64,000 bases of DNA from the sequence record SRR31156797_6884. One strand, written 5' to 3'. A program made the position numbers and the translations under genes. This document shows positions 11,472-20,455 of this stretch, one piece after another; position 1 is the stretch's first letter, and every line of letters begins with the position of its first letter. Below the pieces are notes generated by a model. It made no database searches, was not told the DNA's origin, and saw only the letters and a list, made by a program, of their open reading frames with translations.

Positions 11472-12317
11472 TTACCCTCGCCATCGTTCCACTTTGTATA
11501 AGCCACCCAGTACCATAAATTCTTGCTCCCCTTGCAAGCTGTGGGGTAGCAAAGATTCAAAACACGCAATTTTGGCTAATGGCACCTGAACCGAAAAGAC
11601 TTTAGACCCAAAACGAAGCGCACTTTCTGGATCTGCAGTAAAAGAACTCAGGTTGTTGAACAGCTTAATGCTGTCACCGTTAATAATGTACTCCGGAATT
11701 GCACTGCAACCACGATACAAGGTTAAATGTTCGCTGCTGTACCTTAACCTCAGCTCGTGCTGACAAAAACAGTAGAGCAGGTCAAGCTGTGCATACAGTT
11801 CATTGGTATTGTATGTTGCTCGGGTACAGGCTTGTCGAAAACGTAAGTATTGCGACGTATCTGGCCCGAGCAGAGATTCACGGTGGTAGCGAGTCAGCAA
11901 TCCAAATCGGGACTCAACCCAACTTCGCCAAGCTGCACCTTGTTCGTTATCCGAATCGAACAACCAACCCAGTAATAAACGACGATAATTCACTTTAGGC
12001 CTGGGAGGAGGATCGTTGCAATCTAACTCGGTCTGCTCACTCTTACCCAAACGAAAATGAACGGCCATAAAGTTATTAAAGTACTCTAAGCGTGTTTTAT
12101 ACCCATCAGCACTGTCTAACGCACGAAACAAAGCCGAATACCAAACGTGAGTTCCATCAATCTGCAATGGAATCGGATTGGCTTGATAGGCCGTGCTCGC
12201 CAATAGCCAAGACGGTACATTACAGTGATTAAGAGGCAATGATATTTTTTGCAGTAGCTCGGTTTCAGCTTGGCTGCATAGGTAGTTAGTTGACGACGCG
12301 AAGTGACTGACTGCCAT
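11472..12317 (-). CDS. draT: DraT-family NAD+:dinitrogenase-reductase ADP-ribosyltransferase
   Basis: NHCNVPSWLLAS, GWLFDSD, WVESRFGL, QLDLLY, TLYRG, NNLSSFT and GEQEFMVLGG. These give the R-S-ExE arginine ADP-ribosyltransferase signature. Confidence 0.9.
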   Translation of the reverse strand: MAVSHFASSTNYLCSQAETELLQKISLPLNHCNVPSWLLASTAYQANPIPLQIDGTHVWYSALFRALDSADGYKTRLEYFNNFMAVHFRLGKSEQTELDCNDPPPRPKVNYRRLLLGWLFDSDNEQGAAWRSWVESRFGLLTRYHRESLLGPDTSQYLRFRQACTRATYNTNELYAQLDLLYCFCQHELRLRYSSEHLTLYRGCSAIPEYIINGDSIKLFNNLSSFTADPESALRFGSKVFSVQVPLAKIACFESLLPHSLQGEQEFMVLGGLYKVERWRG

Positions 12318-13315
12318 TAATCACCGTCCAGTGAAGCGGGTATACGTTTGTCTCTACAAGCACTGGTAAATAGCTTATCGCTCAACGCCAGAATATCATC
12401 ATGTTGATACAGTACATCGAGCCAATCTAAACGAATTGCGTCGTAACCGTAGTACGCGCCCGCTAACTGACCAGCAATGGCAGCGGTAGTATCTGCATCA
12501 TTACCTAGATTCGCAGCCGCCAGCACACAAGATTCGAAATCATCCGTGTGAATAAAACACCACAGTGCCGATTCTAAACTTTCAATAACATAACCACTGC
12601 CCGTTATCTGGTCATAACTTTTGTTAACAAAATGACCAGATTTGATGCTCGAAACTTCTTCGGTATTTGGCAAGTAGTCGATGCGACAATAAACCCCTTT
12701 GTCTTCTCCGTGAATCAAATGAACAAGGACAGAAGAGAGGAAACGGCATGCATCGATACACAACTCCGACCCGTGGGTTGTTCGGGAGCTTTCACCACCA
12801 AACGTGGTCGCATCTAACAATGAATATTGATAAAAAATAGGGATAGGTGCTAAACGCATTATAGAGCCATTACCCGAACTCCAACGCGCTTTTGAGCCAG
12901 AATATGGCTCGCCAGTTTTCATAAATCGACGCAATGCGGAAGACACTCCGACACCAACATCAAAGCAAACACCAATACTGCTCATAAATCCGTTATTCAT
13001 CCAGTCACAGTATTTGTTCATTTGGTCGAGGGCATCAAAACCTTGGCAATCAATAAGACTATGTGCGAGGCACAGTGCCATTGAAGTATCATCGGTCCAA
13101 TAACCTTTCTTCAAGCAGAAATGCCCACCGCCAACCATGTCCGTCAACGGTTTAAAAGAGCCCCGAGGTTGAAACTCCAGAGTGGTTCCAAGTGCATCGC
13201 CAACAGCTAAACCAATCAAACAGCCTCGAGAGCGATTTTGATTAGCTGTAATAGCACTTTCTGATTTGATTGAAGGTGACATAGCAGCTCCATTGCTTTC
13301 TTGACACGCAAGCAC
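12317..13315 (-). CDS. ADP-ribosylglycohydrolase (DraG/ARH family)
   Basis: GLAVGDALG, WTDDT, GNGSIMR and DADT metal motifs. Stop overlaps the draT start (TAATG). Alternative start ATG at 13282. Confidence 0.92.
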   Translation of the reverse strand: MLACQESNGAAMSPSIKSESAITANQNRSRGCLIGLAVGDALGTTLEFQPRGSFKPLTDMVGGGHFCLKKGYWTDDTSMALCLAHSLIDCQGFDALDQMNKYCDWMNNGFMSSIGVCFDVGVGVSSALRRFMKTGEPYSGSKARWSSGNGSIMRLAPIPIFYQYSLLDATTFGGESSRTTHGSELCIDACRFLSSVLVHLIHGEDKGVYCRIDYLPNTEEVSSIKSGHFVNKSYDQITGSGYVIESLESALWCFIHTDDFESCVLAAANLGNDADTTAAIAGQLAGAYYGYDAIRLDWLDVLYQHDDILALSDKLFTSACRDKRIPASLDGD

Positions 13316-13499
13316 TTCGATCCTTGAAGTGCATTTACTTGCGTAATCAAACTAGACTGCCATAAACAGAGACGTTAAAAAGCCACTAGGCTCTCAGCTT
13401 TTGCGTTCCATACATCGATAAAGTTATATACAGGTTAGCTAATATAATCTTATTACATTTACAGTATACAAACCTGTTACATCTGATTGCGTAGCAAAG

Positions 13500-15203
13500 C
13501 TACGAGCACTCAGCTCTGACCTGAAATGCTCCCATTAAGGTTCTCAACGCATTTGCTTGTACCGCTAACCCCTCACTCGCCTGAGCGGTTTCTTCGGTAC
13601 TGAGTAACACTCGGTCTCCTGAGTCTTTAATTCCTATGAGATTTTGGCTTATTTCGTCCGCAGTGACGGATTGCTCTTCACTAGCCGCTGCAACTTGAGT
13701 ATTGGATTCAGCCAGTTCAGCTAAAACGGTGGCAATTTGATTCAGTTGATGCCTTGCTTGCTGAATATACTCGGAAGTTTGACGCACTTTTGCATTACTG
13801 TGATTCATTGCATCATGAGCCTGCTCTGAACTTTTGACTAGCGTTTCGATCAAGTTTCCAATTTCATTCGTGGCTTGCTGACTTCGGGAAGCCAATGCTC
13901 GGACTTCATCAGCCACAACGGCAAACCCTCTGCCTTGCTCTCCTGCCCGTGCAGACTCGATAGCAGCATTTAAAGCTAATAAGTTGGTTTGTTCCGATAT
14001 CCCATCAACGACTTTGACAAAATCTTGTATCTTTTGCGTACTATTTTTTAAATCCAAAATCATGTTTTGAGATTGGCTTGCTTGCTCCACCAGCAAAACA
14101 GACAACTCTTGAGTCATATCAATAGTAGAGCAACCTTCTTTGACATTCGTTTCTGCACTAGAAGTAGCATAAGCAGCACTATCTGCATTGCTCGCCACTT
14201 CGGTGATAGTCGCGGCCATTTCCGTCATGGCCGAAGCAACTTGTTCCGTATTTTCCTGCTGAACTTGCATTGCCTCCCTATTGTTTTCTGCAACAGCGGA
14301 TAACTGTGTTACGGTAGCAGCAATCGCATCAGTTCGACTCATCACCTCACCAATCATTTCACTCAGAGAATTTGCCATGACGTTCATGCTCGACATCAAC
14401 TGGCCAATTTCATCGTTCGATTTCACTTCGATTACTTGGTCAAAATTACCCTGTGCCATACTCGCTGCAACATTTCGAGCTCGATTCATCGAATTCACAA
14501 TTCTGCGACTAAATAAGATGCCAACCGTTAAACCAAAAATAATCGAGACACTAGAAAGTATCACCATACCAATCAAAGCTTCGTGTTCTTCTTCTTCCGT
14601 CACTGATACAGCATTCTCTGTCGCATCTTCTAAGCCGACTAAAAAATTAGCCAGTTCTTCGTTAAGTATTTGTTGAGTTGCCTCAAACTTGTGGACAACC
14701 GAAGCCATTGCCGCATTGTCTTGTTTCTCTTCCAATGCATCCAATATAGAAAATAAAGTTTTCTCATAGCTTTTGTGGTGCTCTTCAAGCTGAGCCAAAT
14801 TTCCGGTTAATTGAGTAAGATGGTCGAACTGTTTCGTGGTAATCGCGTGTTTTTTTGCTTCCATAAGCAATGACCTAGCATCGACGATTTCCTCATCAAA
14901 ATACAATGACGATTGCCTGACTTGAGAGATAAATTTAGCCATTTCTTGCTGACTCTCCCCCGAAGAAATCTCGGCTAACCGAAAGGCTTTTTCTAACAGC
15001 ACAGCACCTTCCAACTGCTTGATCGTGATATTACTCGCGAGCTTGACCAGAGGTAAGTTTTCATGGGCTATACCATTAATCTCTTGGGCAACACGCTCCA
15101 TCTTAATAACCGCATAAGAAGAAACGAGTAAGGTCGAAACAAGTAACGTGACGATTAGCCCGACCAGTTTCTTTGTAATTGTAAGGTTTCTAAGCCAGCT
15201 CAT
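13500..15203 (-). CDS. Methyl-accepting chemotaxis protein
   Basis: Two TM helices, HAMP domain, [31 protein letters not shown]. Confidence 0.95.
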   Translation of the reverse strand: MSWLRNLTITKKLVGLIVTLLVSTLLVSSYAVIKMERVAQEINGIAHENLPLVKLASNITIKQLEGAVLLEKAFRLAEISSGESQQEMAKFISQVRQSSLYFDEEIVDARSLLMEAKKHAITTKQFDHLTQLTGNLAQLEEHHKSYEKTLFSILDALEEKQDNAAMASVVHKFEATQQILNEELANFLVGLEDATENAVSVTEEEEHEALIGMVILSSVSIIFGLTVGILFSRRIVNSMNRARNVAASMAQGNFDQVIEVKSNDEIGQLMSSMNVMANSLSEMIGEVMSRTDAIAATVTQLSAVAENNREAMQVQQENTEQVASAMTEMAATITEVASNADSAAYATSSAETNVKEGCSTIDMTQELSVLLVEQASQSQNMILDLKNSTQKIQDFVKVVDGISEQTNLLALNAAIESARAGEQGRGFAVVADEVRALASRSQQATNEIGNLIETLVKSSEQAHDAMNHSNAKVRQTSEYIQQARHQLNQIATVLAELAESNTQVAAASEEQSVTADEISQNLIGIKDSGDRVLLSTEETAQASEGLAVQANALRTLMGAFQVRAECS

Positions 15204-15347
15204 AGACGCCTCTTCATTAATGTAAGCACATTAAGCATAGTAGATCCGAACCAACAAGCCTTAAAAGGTGGCCAATATTAGAGCCATCACTAAATCTAAA
15301 TATTGTCTGATTAGGCAGTTCACAGGTATTGATCATTTTTCACCACT

Positions 15348-15364
15348 CTTAAGCGTTTCTTAAG
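15348..15364 (+). promoter_or_regulatory. PmrA/QseB-type OmpR-family direct repeat box
   Basis: CTTAAG-CGTTT-CTTAAG, 53 bp upstream of the PepSY gene. Confidence 0.6.
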
Positions 15365-15416
15365 AATTCAATTTCATACTGATATCGAATAAACACGCAG
15401 CCACCAAGGAGAGAGC

Positions 15417-15701
15417 ATGTCTATCGCCACCCAACTTCGTTCAGGGTTAATCCTATCCCTTCTAGCAACGTCTTCATTGGCATTCGCGGATCCGACTTGT
15501 ACAAAAGAACCAGAATCCAAATGGATGTCATTCGACCAAGCAAAACAACAAGTCACGGACATGGGCTACAAAATCAAAAAATTCAAAAAGACCAAAACTG
15601 GCTGCTATGAGCTCTACGGCCATAACGCTGAGGGCAAGCGCACCGAAATTTATTTTAATCCGGTCGACATGAGCAAAGTGAAAGAGGAACAAGATGACTA
15701 A
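15417..15701 (+). CDS. PepSY domain secreted protein
   Basis: Signal peptide; GYKIKKFK...GCYELYG...EIYFNP. Confidence 0.85.
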   Translation: MSIATQLRSGLILSLLATSSLAFADPTCTKEPESKWMSFDQAKQQVTDMGYKIKKFKKTKTGCYELYGHNAEGKRTEIYFNPVDMSKVKEEQDD

Positions 15702-16206
15702 ACCTTATGTTTGGGACGTGGTTGTTCGTCTCACTCACTGGACAGTCGCAGCTCTGTTTCTTGCTAATTTCTTTGTTACCGAAGAAGGCAGTGATGTTCA
15801 TGAATGGGTTGGCTATGTTGTTCTTACCGCAGTCGCTGTCAGGCTATTGTGGGGGATAGTCACTCGTTCACCGGCTCGGTTGTCTGCTTTCAAGCCAAAC
15901 ATTGCCAAAGCCATTTCTCATCTCGCCGAAGTGCTAGAAACCAAGTCCGATTCACACTTAGGCCACAACCCTGCAGGTGCGATTATGATTTGGGTAATGT
16001 GGCTGTGCCTAATCATTACCGGTATTTCTGGCTGGATAACACAATGGGATCTGTTTTGGGGAGAAGAATGGGTTGAAGAACTTCACGAGTTCTTTGCCAA
16101 CTTCACAATGATTGCTGTAGCTGTTCATATCAGCGCAGTTATTTTCATGACTCACTGGACAAAACGCCCTTACTTAAAAAGTATGTTGTTTAGTAAAAAT
16201 CAATAA
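15694..16206 (+). CDS. Cytochrome b561/HupC-like di-heme membrane protein
   Basis: WDVVVRLTHW, HEWVGY, GHNPAG, HE...H heme ligands. Confidence 0.88.
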   Translation: MTKPYVWDVVVRLTHWTVAALFLANFFVTEEGSDVHEWVGYVVLTAVAVRLLWGIVTRSPARLSAFKPNIAKAISHLAEVLETKSDSHLGHNPAGAIMIWVMWLCLIITGISGWITQWDLFWGEEWVEELHEFFANFTMIAVAVHISAVIFMTHWTKRPYLKSMLFSKNQ

Positions 16207-16219
16207 ATGTCATAGAGTT

Positions 16220-16257
16220 AAAGCCGTCTGGTCGTTACTTTGCCCGACGGCTTTTTA
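16220..16257 (+). terminator. Intrinsic terminator
   Basis: AAAGCCGTC...GACGGCTTTTT. Confidence 0.75.
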
Positions 16258-16377
16258 ATATCTAATCAATGACGACGCTCCCTTACACCACAGGTCTCAT
16301 ATGAAATTTAATTACATTTATTTCACATTAAAGTCCCAAAAATTCTAAGAAATGACTAAAAATAACGACACTTTTTA

Positions 16378-16406
16378 TTGATCTAAGTCATACTTTGGAA
16401 TAAAAT
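16378..16406 (+). promoter_or_regulatory. Sigma70 promoter for the small ORF
   Basis: TTGATC-17bp-TAAAAT, followed by CRP-like TGTGA-CCAACA-TCTCG at 16406-16421. Confidence 0.6.
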
Positions 16407-16449
16407 GTGACCAACATCTCGTTAAATGACCAATCAAAAAGGTGAAATT

Positions 16450-16569
16450 ATGTTTGATAAAAAGAAATCGTTACTAAACAACATCAGCGAACTTGGCGGA
16501 ATCTTAGCACTGTTCTCAGTGGCATCTTTAAGTGTACTAATGCTTAGCCAAACTTGGGTTAACTACTAA
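16450..16569 (+). CDS. Unannotated 39-aa small membrane protein
   Basis: MFDKKKSLLNNISELGGILALFSVASLSVLMLSQTWVNY; AAGGTGA RBS; basic N-terminus plus one hydrophobic helix. Confidence 0.65.
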   Translation: MFDKKKSLLNNISELGGILALFSVASLSVLMLSQTWVNY

Positions 16570-16818
16570 TTCTGAGCTATTTGATAGCCAACACAGATAA
16601 AAATCGAGAAAGCGAGCTGACTCTTTGAGTTCCAATCTTTCAATTGTGCGAACTCAATAATGACAGTTTTAATTGGAGAGTTTTGATGGTTTGCTTGAGC
16701 GCAGAAAGCCCAAACAAGGTGTCATTTCATCACTAATCACTATGTTTATAATAGTACTGTGTGAAATGACACACTTGAAACGATAGACACTATTCAAATA
16801 GCGCCATCGCAATTAGGT

Positions 16819-17892
16819 TTAAGATTGCTTAGCATCTTTCACTGCTGCATCCCATACACCCAAAATGTACATGATGCCGAGTGCGCGGTCATAAAGTCCA
16901 TAACCCGGACGAGCCCATTGTTCTTCGCCCCAGATATGACGACCGTGATCCGGACGCACATAACCGCTATAACCATGTTTATGTAGTGTTTGCACGACTT
17001 TCACTGTATCCACGGAACCATCGCACGCACGGTGAGATGCTTCAATAAAGTCACCATTTTCATAACGTTTCACATTACGAATATGCATGAAGTGAATGCG
17101 ATCGTGGTAGGTGTCGATGATGTCAGGGATGTCGTTGTTCGCTGACCCCAGCGAGCCAGTGCACAGGCTTAAACCATTGTATGGGCTATCAACCAAATTC
17201 AGGAAACGACCAATGTTTTCTTTGTTGATGATTAAGCGTGGCAGACCAAAAATAGGGAATGCAGGATCATCAGGGTGAATACCCATCTTGATACCCACTT
17301 CTTCACACACTGGAATCACTTGTTCAAGGAAGTATTGTAGGTTCTTCCACAGGTCTTCGGCGGTGAAACCGTCGTACTGTTCAAATGTTTCTTTCAAACG
17401 AGCCAAGCGTTCTGGTTCCCATCCCGGCATCGTTACATCAACGTTAGTAGACAGCTTTTCAATCAGTTCCATTGGGTCGATGTTAGCAATCTGACTTTTT
17501 TCAAAGAACAATGCATTTGAGCCATCTTCCATCTCTTTGTAGAGATCTGTACGAGTCCAGTCGAATACCGGCATAAAGTTATAACAAACGACTTTTACGC
17601 CCACTTTTGCCAAACGGCGCAGTGTCTCTTTGTAGGTTTCAATATATTGATCGCGAGTGGGCAAGCCCAGCTTGATGTCTTCGTGAACATTAACACTTTC
17701 TACCACATCAATATTAAAGCCAGCAGCTTCAATGATCGCTTTCTCTTTGGCAATGCGTTCTTCACTCCAAAGCTCACCTGCGGCCATATCGTGCAGTGAC
17801 CATACTATGCCTTCTACACCCGGGATTTGTTTAATGTTACCTAGGGTGACTTTATCGTTACCCTCGCCATACCAGCGAAATGTCATCTTCAT
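16819..17892 (-). CDS. uxuA: Mannonate dehydratase (short form, copy 1)
   Basis: Start moved to MKMTFRWYG; VVESVNVHE, CYNFMPVFDWTRT, HPDDP, RPDHG. Confidence 0.93.
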   Translation of the reverse strand: MKMTFRWYGEGNDKVTLGNIKQIPGVEGIVWSLHDMAAGELWSEERIAKEKAIIEAAGFNIDVVESVNVHEDIKLGLPTRDQYIETYKETLRRLAKVGVKVVCYNFMPVFDWTRTDLYKEMEDGSNALFFEKSQIANIDPMELIEKLSTNVDVTMPGWEPERLARLKETFEQYDGFTAEDLWKNLQYFLEQVIPVCEEVGIKMGIHPDDPAFPIFGLPRLIINKENIGRFLNLVDSPYNGLSLCTGSLGSANNDIPDIIDTYHDRIHFMHIRNVKRYENGDFIEASHRACDGSVDTVKVVQTLHKHGYSGYVRPDHGRHIWGEEQWARPGYGLYDRALGIMYILGVWDAAVKDAKQS

Positions 17893-17893
17893 T

Positions 17894-19384
17894 TTATAAA
17901 TTCCTCTCAACGACAAAGCTTGCAACCGATGACTTAGCCCCGTCCGCAAACAGCTTTTCTAATGCTGATTGCAGTGTTGCTCTCAATATAGGGTTACTCG
18001 CCAATTCTTTATCAAATACGCTTTGCAGCGATAAGAAACCATCCACTACTTTTTCTAAATCTGAACCCGCTTGTTGCCATACTTGGGCAAGCTGTTGTTT
18101 TAGCGGATCCTGTACATCAATTTCTTGCTCTTGTTCATCAACTCCACTGACGTAACGCATCCAGCCAGCCAATGCCAGACACAGGCCTTCAATAGATATG
18201 CCGTTGTCTAATGAATAATGGATAGTTTGCAGGAAGCGTTGTGGGATCTTCTGCGTACCGTCCATTGCAATTTGCCAAGTGCGGTGCTGTAGAGCCGTGT
18301 TTTCATAACGTTCAATAAGCTGAGTTTTGTACTCATTCAGGTCAATACCTTCAATTTGAACTGAAGGCGTGATCTCAATATCCATCAGATATCTGACGAA
18401 CAGTTTAAAATTCGGATCCTGAATGGTTTCGGCAACAGTCTCATAGCCAGACAGATAGCCAAGATAGGCCATCGTCGAGTGCGTGCCATTGAGCAGGCGA
18501 AGCTTCATCTCTTCGAATGGCACCACATCATTCGTTACCTGTACATTGGCAATAGATGTTTTTTCCCATTCTGGACGGTCACTAACAAATTTGTCTTCAA
18601 TGACCCATTGCAGAAAAGGTTCAGTCATTACACAGGACTTATCTTCCATGCCTAATGCTGCTTCAATACGCGCGATGTCATTCTCTGTCGTGCGCGGAAC
18701 AATACGGTCTACCATGGTGCAAGGGAACTTCATATTTCCCTTAACCCAGTGATAAAATTCTTCATCCAATTGTTGTGCAAACTGTAATACGACTTTTTCT
18801 AGCACGTGACCATTTTCAGGCAGGTTGTCACAACTCAATGGAGTAAATGGGGCGATACCATTTAAATAACGATAACGCATCGCAGACACCAAAAAGCCAA
18901 TCGCAGATTTAGGCTGTTCGATGTTCTCTAAATCGTGTTGAATTAATGGATGGTTCAGGTCTAGGTCACCAGAGGCAGGGTTGTGACAGTAACCTTTTTC
19001 CGTCACAGTCAAAGAAACCACTTTAACCTGCGGATCACACATGTATCCCATCACTTGTTCAATTTGACTCGAATTTAATACTGTTTCGATAGCGCCAACA
19101 ACATTCAAATCAAGCTGACTATTGTAGCCAACACCTACAGAATAAAGGCAGTCTTGAGCTAGCATGTCTTTCTGTAAACCGACAGCACTCCAAGTCACAC
19201 CGACTATTTTCCAGTCACCACCTTTTTCTTTGATTACAGCATCGGTAATTAAAGCTTGATGAGCACGGTGGAAAGCACCAAATCCCAAATGAACAATCCC
19301 AACTTTGGCTTTTTTATTATTTTCGTTGGGTTTTACCGAGGCATTAGCCTCAGATAAATAAGCTTGACTTAATCTCATAATCAT
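17894..19384 (-). CDS. Mannitol dehydrogenase-family fructuronate reductase (UxuB-like, copy 1)
   Basis: IVHLGFGAFHRAHQA, MVDRIVP, KLRLLNGTH, QIAMDGTQK. Confidence 0.88.
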   Translation of the reverse strand: MIMRLSQAYLSEANASVKPNENNKKAKVGIVHLGFGAFHRAHQALITDAVIKEKGGDWKIVGVTWSAVGLQKDMLAQDCLYSVGVGYNSQLDLNVVGAIETVLNSSQIEQVMGYMCDPQVKVVSLTVTEKGYCHNPASGDLDLNHPLIQHDLENIEQPKSAIGFLVSAMRYRYLNGIAPFTPLSCDNLPENGHVLEKVVLQFAQQLDEEFYHWVKGNMKFPCTMVDRIVPRTTENDIARIEAALGMEDKSCVMTEPFLQWVIEDKFVSDRPEWEKTSIANVQVTNDVVPFEEMKLRLLNGTHSTMAYLGYLSGYETVAETIQDPNFKLFVRYLMDIEITPSVQIEGIDLNEYKTQLIERYENTALQHRTWQIAMDGTQKIPQRFLQTIHYSLDNGISIEGLCLALAGWMRYVSGVDEQEQEIDVQDPLKQQLAQVWQQAGSDLEKVVDGFLSLQSVFDKELASNPILRATLQSALEKLFADGAKSSVASFVVERNL

Positions 19385-19439
19385 TCGAACCGAATCTTGT
19401 TAATACCTGCAAATAGAACAATTTGCTCGGGAAGAAAGT

Positions 19440-19470
19440 AAATAGCGTGGAGTAAGTCTCCACGCTATTT
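19440..19470. terminator. Intra-operon hairpin after dctP
   Basis: AAATAGCGTGGAG...CTCCACGCTATTT. Confidence 0.6.
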
Positions 19471-19480
19471 ATAGTTCAAA

Positions 19481-20443
19481 TTACATTGCTTGAACTTTGT
19501 CTAGTAGAGGAACTAGATCTGGGTTTTCTTTACGGAATTTTTCGTAAACAGGTTTAACTGCTTCCTGGAATGCAGGAATGTCACTTTCTACGAATTGAAC
19601 ATTGAAGCCTTCTAGCTCACCCTTCGCTTTTTCTACGTAGTTTGCCCAGTTAGTTTCTTGCTCTTTCACTGTTTCTTTCGCGATTTCACGCACTTTAGCT
19701 TGGTCTTCAGCTGATAGCTTATCCCAAACACTTGTAGACACTACAAGTACGTCTGGAACCATAGTGTGTTTGTCGTAAGAGTATGTTTTCTTCACTTCAT
19801 AGTGACGAGACGAGAAGTACGATGGAATGTTGTTCTCTGCACCGTCAACAACACCTTGTTGCAGTGCTGAGTATAGTTCACCGTATGGTAGTGGAACCGG
19901 AGTACCGCCTAGTGCTTTAATCGTATCGATAGAAAGCGCTGAGTTTTGAACACGGATTTTCAGACCTTTCAAATCTTCAGGAGTACGAATTGGCTTATCT
20001 GTGTAGAAGCTACGTGCACCTGCATCAAGGAAAGCTAGACCGATAAAGCCAGATTTTTCAGAAGACGCTAGAATTTGCTCACCAATTTCACCTTGAAGAA
20101 CCGCATCATATTGAGCACGGTCACGGTATAGGTACGGTAAAGATAGCAGTTTGTAGTCAGATGCAAATGCTGTTAATGGAGCCGCACTTACTTTAGTGAA
20201 ACCAATTGTTCCGCCCTGAACCATTTGTAGCAATTCAGTTTCGTTACCTAGCGTGCCGTTTGGATAAACTTTTACGCGTAAGCTAGTTTCTTTAGTTACT
20301 TTTTTCGCAAAATAATCTAGTGATGAGTGTACTGGGTGCTCAGTCGGTAGAGAGTGCGCCAGTTTAGCAGTAGCAGCGTAAACGTTACCGGCCATAAGTG
20401 TAGAGATTGTACAAGCAAGTAAAAGTTTTTTATTAAGTTTCAT
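19481..20443 (-). CDS. dctP: TRAP transporter substrate-binding protein (DctP family, probably hexuronate)
   Basis: Signal peptide; DLKGLKIRV, GELYSALQQGVVDGAEN. Confidence 0.92.
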   Translation of the reverse strand: MKLNKKLLLACTISTLMAGNVYAATAKLAHSLPTEHPVHSSLDYFAKKVTKETSLRVKVYPNGTLGNETELLQMVQGGTIGFTKVSAAPLTAFASDYKLLSLPYLYRDRAQYDAVLQGEIGEQILASSEKSGFIGLAFLDAGARSFYTDKPIRTPEDLKGLKIRVQNSALSIDTIKALGGTPVPLPYGELYSALQQGVVDGAENNIPSYFSSRHYEVKKTYSYDKHTMVPDVLVVSTSVWDKLSAEDQAKVREIAKETVKEQETNWANYVEKAKGELEGFNVQFVESDIPAFQEAVKPVYEKFRKENPDLVPLLDKVQAM

Positions 20444-20455
20444 TTTATAGTCCTA

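Noticed and set aside
13396-13410. Possible sigma54 promoter for the ARH-draT operon (minus strand TGGAACGCAAAAGCT)
   Set aside because: GG-to-GC spacing is 9 nt rather than the required 10, the TT is missing, and I saw no TGT-N10-ACA NifA site upstream.
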